Below, piece by piece: positions 1 through 6,879 of a DNA stretch of 64,000 nt. Every line of letters begins with the position of its first letter. Within the stretch, counting starts at the first letter, position 1. The DNA lies in the IMG/VR virus record IMGVR_UViG_3300006046_000001, positions 1-64,000 of that record; one strand, written 5' to 3'. This DNA comes from a virus. Position numbers and translations under genes: made by a program. The notes under the pieces are model-generated. The model did not search any database, was not told the DNA's origin, and saw nothing but the letters and a program-made list of their open reading frames with translations.

Positions 1-194
1 AAGAATGGAGAAGGGATGATATCCACTTCTGCATAACATTTGTTGGTGAGATCAAAAGCGAGCTTACCTTTTCGGTAGAGCTCTTTGGCGATATCTCTGG
101 GCAGGAACTTGTCCATACGCCTATCCTGAGGATCAACTACGATCCTTGCCATCTCTAATGGCTTCGCTCTCTTGGCCTTTCTCTTAACCTTCAT
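1..194 (-). CDS. hypothetical protein, N-terminal part only (ORF continues past left edge)
   Basis: Minus-strand ATG at 194 (MKVKRKAKRAKPLEMARIVVDPQDRR...) with GGAGA ~8 nt upstream. Frame stays open to position 1. No family recognised. Confidence 0.4.
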   Translation of the reverse strand, partial: MKVKRKAKRAKPLEMARIVVDPQDRRMDKFLPRDIAKELYRKGKLAFDLTNKCYAEVDIIPSPF

Positions 195-213
195 GGCTCT
201 TTCTCCAAAAGCG

Positions 214-522
214 TTAGCGTGAGTTGGTGAACACCACCAGATTGTTGGTACGACTTCTGCTGACAGCGTCGAACTCGATGAAGCACTGCCGCCCATCTGA
301 GAAAACCAAGTTGTACTTCCGACCACTACCATCCTCATGCTGAATGGTATTGATGATTCTTAGCTTGATGTCATCGCTGACATAGAGCCGTTCTTTGAAC
401 ACCTGCAACATTCTATCTAATGAGATAGAATAGAGGTTGTCGGGATGAAGCTCTGCTTGACGCTTCATAGCCAGATGTGCTACTTGAGAAGACATGTATC
501 TATCTCCAAAAGAGGTTACCAC
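214..522 (-). CDS. hypothetical protein
   Basis: 102-aa ORF in leftward small-gene block. Start overlaps the stop of the upstream ORF by 7 nt. No motif recognised. Confidence 0.45.
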   Translation of the reverse strand: MVTSFGDRYMSSQVAHLAMKRQAELHPDNLYSISLDRMLQVFKERLYVSDDIKLRIINTIQHEDGSGRKYNLVFSDGRQCFIEFDAVSRSRTNNLVVFTNSR

Positions 523-755
523 TTGAAGATTCGGCGTGGTATAACAAAACCACGAACATCTTTCGTCTCTGTTGGCAACACACAGATGCCAAAGTTGGGA
601 CTAGTGCAGAGCCTCACTACTGTACCTCTTGGCACTATCCACTGCTCGACTACTAACTCATGGGGAAGAATGAAGTCGAACACCTGTCTGTAGTTCTTCG
701 TCCCGTACTTCCTAAACGGAAGATCGGTAATACTAAGCATTGGTATGTACGGCAT
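516..755 (-). CDS. hypothetical protein
   Basis: 79-aa ORF in same leftward block, tightly packed with neighbours. No motif recognised. Confidence 0.45.
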   Translation of the reverse strand: MPYIPMLSITDLPFRKYGTKNYRQVFDFILPHELVVEQWIVPRGTVVRLCTSPNFGICVLPTETKDVRGFVIPRRIFKW

Positions 756-758
756 AAC

Positions 759-1109
759 CTAAACCTCATACTGCGATTTCTTGGACAACCGCCTTGCCGC
801 AACACGCGGCAAAGTCCCAAAGCGATTCTCCATCTCCAAATCGACTGAAGGAACTCCAGTCCCTAACATCTGGTAGTTGACACACTTCTTATGTGTCTCT
901 TTCAGATACTGTTCCTTTTCCTCTTCAGCCGACTCAGCCCGCAACTGAGCTTCTTGCTGACTGACTTGGTTGCTCAAGTTCTTCTCACACTGCTCAACCA
1001 CTTCTTGGGTGATCTCACCCCGCCGAAACCTCTTTCGAACCTGAGCCATCAAATGCTCAGCCTCAGCATGTAACGTCCTAATCTTCTTCATCAAGTGCCA
1101 ATCTGACAT
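759..1109 (-). CDS. hypothetical charged/coiled-coil protein
   Basis: Track ORF 759..1151 trimmed to internal ATG at 1109 (MSDWHLMKKIRTLH...), which lies 1 nt after the stop (1111-1113) of the upstream ORF. Confidence 0.45.
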   Translation of the reverse strand: MSDWHLMKKIRTLHAEAEHLMAQVRKRFRRGEITQEVVEQCEKNLSNQVSQQEAQLRAESAEEEKEQYLKETHKKCVNYQMLGTGVPSVDLEMENRFGTLPRVAARRLSKKSQYEV

Positions 1110-1110
1110 C

Positions 1111-1329
1111 TTACAACTCCTTGTCTTCGAGCAACTGAGAACAATGAACACTGCACGTTACCTCGCTCCACACTCGAGGAGCTTTGTCGCTTACTTTGAC
1201 CACAGCATAGTAGTGAGGTCCGGTAAGGCTTGTTTGGTCTGAAACAAACCCTAGAATTCTGCCATAGAGCTGGCCCCACTTTCCTGACTTGCCCTTCACC
1301 TTCATCCCTACCATTAGTTCGCTTTCCAT
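1111..1329 (-). CDS. hypothetical protein
   Basis: Track ORF 1111..1563 trimmed to MESELMVGMKVKGKSGKW... (ATG 1329, AGAGG upstream). The upstream 78 codons run through repeat-rich DNA and look non-coding. Confidence 0.4.
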   Translation of the reverse strand: MESELMVGMKVKGKSGKWGQLYGRILGFVSDQTSLTGPHYYAVVKVSDKAPRVWSEVTCSVHCSQLLEDKEL

Positions 1330-1699
1330 CTTAACCTCTGAAATTTTGCATCGTCCGACGCTCGCACCTTGCGATTGCAGGCCGATGCTGATGCTTGCTG
1401 CTCGTGTCATATCGACACGATAGACCCTGCTGCTACATGCTGTCAATAGATGTACATTGTGCCATATGTGTACAGCAATAGCAATGTCTCCCTCCGCGGA
1501 AGTCCCCGCCCAAATTCTATCTTTACTACAGATCTGTATATAAGATATAGGATAGTAAGACATAGACTATAGTTCTGATGTATGGAATAAGAATAGAAGA
1601 TAACTGTTCCAAAGCATATGTGTTAGAGGATTAGTTAGTTAACTCATTAGTATACCACACTATACTACCAGTAGATTAGGATTAGAGTGGAGTTCTGTA

Positions 1700-1818
1700 G
1701 TTTCTGAGGTAAAAGCGTCTTGGAGTACAGTTCATAGTAATCTTGGCCAGTCATGTTCTTCTCTCAGTATTTTACTGAGGTTTCTGAGGCAAAACAGCCG
1801 ATTTCTGAGTAAAAAGAG
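1700..1818 (+). repeat. direct repeats (G/A)TTTCTGAG-N-AAAA, three good copies
   Basis: GTTTCTGAGGTAAAAGCG 1700-1717, GTTTCTGAGGCAAAACAG 1780-1797, ATTTCTGAGTAAAAAGAG 1801-1818. Degenerate copies at 1770-1780, 1851-1867 and 2064-2078. All lie in the long non-coding region. Confidence 0.7.
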
Positions 1819-1901
1819 GAGTTTCTTCTCCAAAAGCGTACCAAACTACCAGTTTTACTGAAAGAGCAGAGCCTCGAACTACACCTCGAGAACTGTCAAG
1901 A

Positions 1902-1947
1902 AGTTCTGTTTTTACAATTTGGGGTGTCTTAGGCCCATAAATATAGG
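1902..1947 (+). promoter_or_regulatory. conserved intergenic motif copy 1 (TTCTGTTTTT-NN-AATTTGGG...TAGGCCCATA)
   Basis: AGTTCTGTTTTTACAATTTGGGGTGTCTTAGGCCCATAAATATAGG aligns with copies at 40086, 47094 and 29113. Function (promoter or other signal) is inferred only. Confidence 0.4.
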
Positions 1948-2210
1948 AAACTGGGCTATGCCTACTACGCTTAGTATAACGAGAGTTTATGGGGTTATCC
2001 CACTATCATATAGGCTCTAAAAGCGGATATAGGAACTGATAGGAAGTGGTCTTAGTATCCTCAGTTTCTGATACAAAGTGTCGCTTTCTGTTCCTCTCCA
2101 AAAGCGTCAACTGTCATAGATTTCATAGAGTTAGAGAGAGGAGCTGTGTTTGTCGTCGTGGTTCGACCCCCAAAACCCACCCCAAAACTTCTGCGTCCGC
2201 TGTCCCGCCG

Positions 2211-2315
2211 CCTCTTTCTTCTCTTCCTCCCCATCCTCCCCATCCTCTTTCTCCCCTCCACTCTCCCTCTTTTCCCTACTTTCCCCATCTTAATCTACCT
2301 CTTTCTTCCCCTCCC
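2211..2315 (+). repeat. 105-nt G-free polypyrimidine tract (low-complexity CT-rich)
   Basis: Hand check: no G between 2211 and 2315, only 8 A, the rest C/T. Contains CCTCCCCAT x2 and several CCTCC. The complementary strand is GA/G-run rich. Confidence 0.9.
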
Positions 2316-2570
2316 GCACCGATCCGCTGCCACATGGCCCCACATGCTACACTTGTATAGTTAGTGCTATGGTACATAGTGTACATAGCAGGCTGCCATA
2401 GGCTACCGTATGTATAGTTAGTGACAATGAACATACTGTACAAAGAAAATTTATTGGTGCTATTGATATATTGTTGCCGATCACTAGTATTGTCATTGTC
2501 GGTTAGTGCAGTGACGTGTGGTGCAATTAGCATCCGGCTGCGACTGACTGGCAATGGGAGTTTTACTGCA

Positions 2571-2993
2571 ATGACAAAAGATATCACCACGCACCCTGCG
2601 GCCACTGCCGCCACCAGCAAGCCGCTCACCATCGCGGAGCAATTGGCTGCCGACAAGGTGCTGGCCCGCAACGTGTACGCGGTCGTAGCAAGGGGCATGG
2701 ATGGCTTTTTTTGGAGCCAGATTGTGCTGCTCGTGTGCCCCACGCTGGCACCCAAGACCGACGGCCAGCACAAGCTGGCTGTTGACCGGGCTGCAGCCGT
2801 CGTCCGCGGCGTCCACCCTAACCGCAAAGCCCATTACGCGGCCGCGCTGAACGAGTACCGCGAAGATGTCGCTTTGCACATCATCGGCCTCATTCGGACC
2901 GAAGTCGCATATGTGCTGGCGAACCTGCAAGCCCCCAAGACCGCAAGCGGCAAGACCGCCCGGCCGAAGCTGGACCCCTACGCGATCGCGTAG
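2571..2993 (+). CDS. hypothetical protein encoded in a GC-rich island
   Basis: Track ORF 2421..2993 trimmed to ATG 2571 (MTKDITTHPAATAATSK...) with GGGAG ~10 nt upstream. Ala/Val-rich product. Local GC is much higher than flanks. No family recognised. Confidence 0.45.
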   Translation: MTKDITTHPAATAATSKPLTIAEQLAADKVLARNVYAVVARGMDGFFWSQIVLLVCPTLAPKTDGQHKLAVDRAAAVVRGVHPNRKAHYAAALNEYREDVALHIIGLIRTEVAYVLANLQAPKTASGKTARPKLDPYAIA

Positions 2994-3097
2994 CAATTGC
3001 TGTGCCAATTCGGCACCCGATTGCAACAGCCATGCCCCGCATATCAAATATGGGGCATGGCATTTTTGCATATCGCCATGTTCTGCCGAAATTCTGT

Positions 3098-3259
3098 TTC
3101 CTGTTCCTACACAAAAACAGAGAAGTAGTCGTAGTGCTGTGTTCCTGTTCCTACACAAAAACAGAGAAGTAGTCGTAGTGCTGTGTTCCTGTTCCTACAC
3201 AAAAACAGAGAAGTAGTCGTAGTGCTGTGTTCCTGTTCCTACACAAAAACAGAGAAGTA
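3098..3259. repeat. 44-bp tandem direct repeat, ~3.7 copies
   Basis: Unit TTCCTGTTCCTACACAAAAACAGAGAAGTAGTCGTAGTGCTGTG at 3098-3141, 3142-3185 and 3186-3229 (identical), plus a 30-nt partial copy at 3230-3259. Intergenic. Confidence 0.95.
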
Positions 3260-3351
3260 CTGATCCCTACAGTACCTAAGGCGGATTTTTAGTTTCTAGT
3301 TCCTATTGACATTTCAGAGATCTGGGATATAACAGACACGGAGACCCAAAC

Positions 3352-3912
3352 ATGAGATACGCTGACAGTTGCTGTAATGTAGCCGAGACCGAAGAGAACG
3401 GAAGGCACATCTACGTTTTCAACGGACCTTGTCACATCTGCAAGAAGGTGCAAACAGTGAAGGTGAGAGGAGATCACCTATATGCGTACAGAGCAGGAGC
3501 ATCTATCCAGAATGCGATGCCACTCAATAGTGCTGGAGAACGAGAGTTTCTAATGTCTGGAATCTGCGAACCCTGCTTTGACAAGACTTTTGCAGAATCT
3601 GAGGATCCTGAGAACGAAGAAGATACAGAACTCACTCCACCCAGACTAATGGAGGCATTGATGGAAGTAATGGACTTCCATACCTTGGAGGGTTCAACCG
3701 GAGTGAGGAATCTAGCGAAGATTGCTGGGTGTCTTGGATATAGAGATTCTCAGTACTTTGGTCAGTTCCAAGGAGGGAGTTACGGAGTGCTGATTAACTT
3801 TCTGGAAGACAATCCAGGGTGCTGTGAGGCGATGGTAGAGTGGATGACGCACAACATGACTGCCGAATGGGAGCAGAGTATTCAATCCCATTTGCCTGAC
3901 AGCGAGGAGTAG
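3352..3912 (+). CDS. hypothetical Cys-rich (zinc-ribbon-like N-terminus), acidic protein
   Basis: 186-aa ORF. Has N-terminal CC...CHIC...C..C cysteines and an acidic linker. No family recognised. Confidence 0.5.
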   Translation: MRYADSCCNVAETEENGRHIYVFNGPCHICKKVQTVKVRGDHLYAYRAGASIQNAMPLNSAGEREFLMSGICEPCFDKTFAESEDPENEEDTELTPPRLMEALMEVMDFHTLEGSTGVRNLAKIAGCLGYRDSQYFGQFQGGSYGVLINFLEDNPGCCEAMVEWMTHNMTAEWEQSIQSHLPDSEE

Positions 3913-4050
3913 ATCAAGAGTACAGAACTGGTAGTTATTCTAGCAGAGCCTATTCTGGTGAATAGTGTGGAGCTAGAGTCCTGGGCTTTAACACAGGTCA
4001 GATTGCTCTGAATGTATCCCAGATTTAGAGTGAAGAGATGCCTGAGACTA

Positions 4051-4479
4051 TCAGTTCTGTTCTTTGTCTTTCAGCAGTTGAGAGATTTGCTTCTGTGCTT
4101 CAGATGCGGTGTCGAGGTAGCGTGGATACTTGATCTGAGTTTCCATGCGGCGGATCTCGAGTTCTAATAGTTGAGATCTCAACTCAGCTTTCTGCCTCTG
4201 CAGTTGCTGTAGTCTACGTACTTCTGACCTAACATGGTTTAGGCAGAGTGAAAGGCTGATTGTTACAGTACCAAAGACGTAATACCAGATACGGTACTGT
4301 AAAGGCAGAAAGCTAAGTAGGATCAGGATTGCAGAGCAGAGGTATACAGAGCTAACAAAGATTGTCCATACCTTCAGGCCCGACTGGCTTGTCTGCTCCT
4401 TCAAGTCCGACGGTTTTGATTTCTGGACCCCATTCTGTCCAGTTGTTGACGACTGTGACTTGGAAGGCTGGATGTGCAT
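4051..4479 (-). CDS. hypothetical membrane protein with C-terminal coiled coil
   Basis: 142-aa ORF with two hydrophobic segments (IFVSSVYLCSAILILLSFL, YYVFGTVTISLSLCL). The ATG start overlaps the upstream ORF by 128 nt, so the true start is uncertain. Confidence 0.4.
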   Translation of the reverse strand: MHIQPSKSQSSTTGQNGVQKSKPSDLKEQTSQSGLKVWTIFVSSVYLCSAILILLSFLPLQYRIWYYVFGTVTISLSLCLNHVRSEVRRLQQLQRQKAELRSQLLELEIRRMETQIKYPRYLDTASEAQKQISQLLKDKEQN

Positions 4480-4960
4480 CTCTATACTCCTGCCAAGGGT
4501 TCTTTCCGAACTCTTTCATCACTTCAGCTTCACAGCCTTTGCAGAACTCTTCTGCTCCGACCTTACCATGTAGGTCGTGACAGATCTCATGTTTCGAGAC
4601 AATAGAGATAGCCTCTTCAAGCTGTGCTCTACGATTGCCTGCTTCATTTCTGATGGGTATAGAGACTTGAAGAGGCAATTGAGTTAGTAGATTACAGAAC
4701 GTAACCGCATCTTTCAACGCTTCAAGAACCTTATTTTCCTGTTTGTTCTGCACTTGAGGCGTCACGTCTATAAGGACAGGACCGCCTGGACCTCCACACT
4801 TCTGCAGCAGTGTCTTGCACTCCGGGCAAGGACGAATTCGTCCGTCATCTCCACCAATGAGATGAGCAGCACACTTCGGACAGATTCCCCAGTTACTTAA
4901 AGCGCAGAAGTTGTCTGCGTTAACTACTTGGAAGTGTCCTTGGTTGACGTGTTCTGGCAT
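4352..4960 (-). CDS. zinc-ribbon protein with HExxH motif (metallopeptidase-like?), function unknown
   Basis: Trimmed to ATG 4960 (MPEHVNQG...) with AAGGAG ~6 nt upstream. Motifs CPKC...CPEC and HEICH. Confidence 0.5.
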   Translation of the reverse strand: MPEHVNQGHFQVVNADNFCALSNWGICPKCAAHLIGGDDGRIRPCPECKTLLQKCGGPGGPVLIDVTPQVQNKQENKVLEALKDAVTFCNLLTQLPLQVSIPIRNEAGNRRAQLEEAISIVSKHEICHDLHGKVGAEEFCKGCEAEVMKEFGKNPWQEYRDAHPAFQVTVVNNWTEWGPEIKTVGLEGADKPVGPEGMDNLC

Positions 4961-5469
4961 TCTTTGCTCCTTATGTCTGAAAGTGTGTGGAGTGCTTGTT
5001 TTGCCCGTTCTCTGCACCAAGATTTGTCGATTGAGTCATGAACCGCAATCTGTTGCAATGCTCTTTCTCCAGCCTGCAACATACAAGTAGGACATGGATG
5101 CTGAACCCAATTCTTAACAGTGAGCCAGCCGTGACCATGCTTGCACTGTCTGAACAGTATGGTGCAGTCCTGCATAGTTTCAGGAAGTCTAGCCTTTGCT
5201 ATTTCTAGCATCTGAAGAGTTTCTTGATGTGCTGTTTCTTCGTCCTCGAGAGTAACTTCAAGCTCATCTACAGCTGGCAGTTGCTCCGGCTCACCCGCTG
5301 GCGATGGGGCGGGGGCGGGCGGGGCATTGAGGGCTTCCGATGACTCCTGCCCTCGTCGGAATAGCTCCTGCTTGATTCCTTCGCGGTCCTCATATTCCGG
5401 CTGCCGATACAAATAATGCAGCAGACGAAGCCGGGTCCATTCTTTGTATGGTGTCAGCGTCTTGCTCAT
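4924..5469 (-). CDS. hypothetical protein
   Basis: 181-aa ORF with a Pro/Ala/Glu linker and a C-terminal CKHGH...CPTC cysteine/histidine cluster. No family recognised. Confidence 0.5.
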   Translation of the reverse strand: MSKTLTPYKEWTRLRLLHYLYRQPEYEDREGIKQELFRRGQESSEALNAPPAPAPSPAGEPEQLPAVDELEVTLEDEETAHQETLQMLEIAKARLPETMQDCTILFRQCKHGHGWLTVKNWVQHPCPTCMLQAGERALQQIAVHDSIDKSWCRERAKQALHTLSDIRSKECQNTSTKDTSK

Positions 5470-5864
5470 GGTTCATCTCTCAATCTCTGTTGAAACATCG
5501 GAGTTTTCACGTACCTCCGAACTTTCTTGCTGAATTCGTCGCCTTCTGACAAGAAGACTAAGTACCAAGGCGGTATAAGTCCTACTTCAAAACCTTCATA
5601 CTTACCGTAAGGAGCTTTCTCTCTCTCGAATGTTATGGCATTCTTTTCAGAAAGCGGAGCCATAGGATCTTGAACTGCCGCCGAAGCGTCTTTAGGAATC
5701 CGTTCATCTGCTGCCGTCCTCAACACGTGCCAATAGTGAGCAGGCTTCTCACCTATCATTTCTAACAGCTCTTTAACTTCTTTGCCAAGAGCCACGTTTT
5801 CTTCAAGACTCATGATTACGTCCAGAGTAGAATAGCCAGCATAGGCAGAAAGCAAAGGCTGCAA
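5466..5864 (-). CDS. hypothetical protein with DUF3820-like motif
   Basis: APYGKYEGFEVGLIPPWYLVFL weakly resembles the FGKYKG...YL-WL motif of DUF3820-type domains. Alternative start at 5813 (MSLEENV). Confidence 0.4.
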   Translation of the reverse strand: MQPLLSAYAGYSTLDVIMSLEENVALGKEVKELLEMIGEKPAHYWHVLRTAADERIPKDASAAVQDPMAPLSEKNAITFEREKAPYGKYEGFEVGLIPPWYLVFLSEGDEFSKKVRRYVKTPMFQQRLRDEP

Positions 5865-5943
5865 GAAGAGCCCAAGCCAAGATGTCTGAATACTCTTGGT
5901 TTGCTGAAAGCCTAATCTTTGAGATCACATGCTCGTAGTTCAT
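5803..5943 (-). CDS. small hypothetical membrane protein
   Basis: Trimmed to ATG 5943, directly after the stop of the upstream ORF (5940). Has a hydrophobic stretch ILAWALLAAFAFCLCWLF. Confidence 0.3.
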   Translation of the reverse strand: MNYEHVISKIRLSANQEYSDILAWALLAAFAFCLCWLFYSGRNHES

Positions 5944-6191
5944 TTCAGCTTCTTCTCTAAGAGCTTCTTTCTGTTCTTCTTCCAATTCCTAGGAAGCTTT
6001 TCCACCTTGGCCGAGATCCGTGGCTTCTTAGGAACCTTGGTGAAGCCCTTCTTGGCTAGCCGCTCTTCTTTCTTGGAGAGACCAAAGGCAGTTTGAATAC
6101 CCTGCCAAGCTGCTGCAGTGATGGGTCCACCAGTGTGTTGAGGACCATTCTGAATAGGCTCACCAGACATGTGTCCAACTGCTTTTACCAT
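5940..6191 (-). CDS. hypothetical basic protein
   Basis: 83-aa ORF with a Lys-rich C-terminal half. No family recognised. Confidence 0.4.
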   Translation of the reverse strand: MVKAVGHMSGEPIQNGPQHTGGPITAAAWQGIQTAFGLSKKEERLAKKGFTKVPKKPRISAKVEKLPRNWKKNRKKLLEKKLK

Positions 6192-6463
6192 GAGAAGAGC
6201 TTCCTTTCTATTTCGACTGCTTCTTCAAAATCCACACCACGCGGAATGTAGATATGAGCAAGTTCTTCAATTCCTACAAGAGCCAGCTGTTTGTCAAACC
6301 GGCGTTCTTTATCAACGTCATCAGAGATGTAGTCATCAAATTCAACTTCTACAGCGCCTCTGCCAATTGAATTCAGATACCGATATCTCTGTTCGTCAGC
6401 TTCTTCAGGAGCTACAAATGGAGAGAGCTTGAAGGAGCCAAAATCATTTGTTTTTGAGGGCAT
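6185..6463 (-). CDS. hypothetical acidic protein
   Basis: 92-aa ORF, tightly packed in the operon. No family recognised. Confidence 0.4.
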   Translation of the reverse strand: MPSKTNDFGSFKLSPFVAPEEADEQRYRYLNSIGRGAVEVEFDDYISDDVDKERRFDKQLALVGIEELAHIYIPRGVDFEEAVEIERKLFSW

Positions 6464-6708
6464 CTTGGATCCTGTATGATTGCCTTCAACATCAACCCTT
6501 GTAGGATAGGAAGGCTTAGAGAGAACGTGGTGTTTCTGAACCTTAGCACCAGATCAGTTCCTGAAATGCCAAGGATAGTTGCCTCGTTCAGAAACTTACC
6601 CTGGCTGAGAGCCACTATCTCATCAGAAGGTTCTTTCTGAAGAAAGGGTACTTTCTCAACCATCCAAAGTGGAGATTTCTGTTCTTCTGGTTTTTGTTGT
6701 TCTGACAT
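6412..6708 (-). CDS. hypothetical protein
   Basis: Track ORF 6412..6744 trimmed to ATG 6708 (MSEQQKPEEQ...) because 6711-6803 is a tRNA-like gene. The start lies 2 nt after that RNA and no SD is visible. Confidence 0.4.
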   Translation of the reverse strand: MSEQQKPEEQKSPLWMVEKVPFLQKEPSDEIVALSQGKFLNEATILGISGTDLVLRFRNTTFSLSLPILQGLMLKAIIQDPRCPQKQMILAPSSSLHL

Positions 6709-6710
6709 AG

Positions 6711-6803
6711 TGACGAGGAGAGGACTCGAACCTCCCACCTTCATTACTTGCCAAACCGGGCGGAAAGGCTTTCATGACGCTCTGCCAACTGAGCTACCTC
6801 GTC
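6711..6803 (-). tRNA. aberrant tRNA-like gene (93 nt) with ~20 extra nt in the anticodon arm; isotype undetermined
   Basis: RNA sense: GACGAGG TA GCTC AGTTGGCA GAGC G [TCATG...27 nt...AATGA] AGGTG GGAGG TTCGAGT CCTCT CCTCGTC A. Acceptor, D and T arms are canonical. The anticodon region is a 37-nt irregular hairpin with no canonical 7-nt U33 loop. Confidence 0.5.
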
Positions 6804-6804
6804 A

Positions 6805-6878
6805 TAAGTCCACCGAGACTCGAACTCGGAACCTGCAGCTTAGAAGGCTGCTGCTCTATCCAATTGAGCTATAGACTC
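6805..6878 (-). tRNA. tRNA-Arg: tRNA-Arg (anticodon TCT)
   Basis: Hand-folded cloverleaf: GAGTCTA/TGGACTT acceptor, GCTC-AATTGGATA-GAGC D arm, GCAGC-CTTCTAA-GCTGC anticodon arm, CCGAG-TTCGAGT-CTCGG T arm, discriminator A. 74 nt, no encoded CCA. Confidence 0.9.
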
Positions 6879-6879
6879 A

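Noticed and set aside
2046-2364. Track ORFs 2046..2360 (+), 2146..2364 (+) and 2061..2288 (-) as genes
   Set aside because: They are translations of the G-free CT-rich low-complexity tract (Pro/Leu/Ser-rich or Arg/Gly/Lys-rich products). They have no credible RBS and overlap each other.
2493-3216. ORFs 2493..3158 (-), 2866..3216 (+) and 2890..3114 (-)
   Set aside because: These are alternative-frame or antisense open frames typical of a GC-rich island. They run into or through the 44-bp tandem repeats. The + strand ORF 2571..2993 has the better start context, although the strand choice is still not proven.
3098-3259. Possible CRISPR array
   Set aside because: The 44-bp units are directly adjacent and identical, with no unique spacers between them. 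This is a simple tandem repeat, not a repeat-spacer array.
3913-4050. Bidirectional terminator at the convergent junction
   Set aside because: Only a modest hairpin (CTATTC-TGGT-GAATAG within a weak outer CTAGC/GCTAG stem) is present, with no flanking T/A runs. This is not convincing enough to annotate.
6711-6803. Idea that the extended tRNA means an archaeal virus (archaeal-type tRNA intron)
   Set aside because: The rest of the window has bacterial hallmarks: sigma-70-like genes, a sigma70-type promoter, GGAG-type SDs, intrinsic terminators, DnaG-type primase, DnaB-like helicase and a DnaN-like clamp. I also could not place a canonical 37/38 intron or bulge-helix-bulge.
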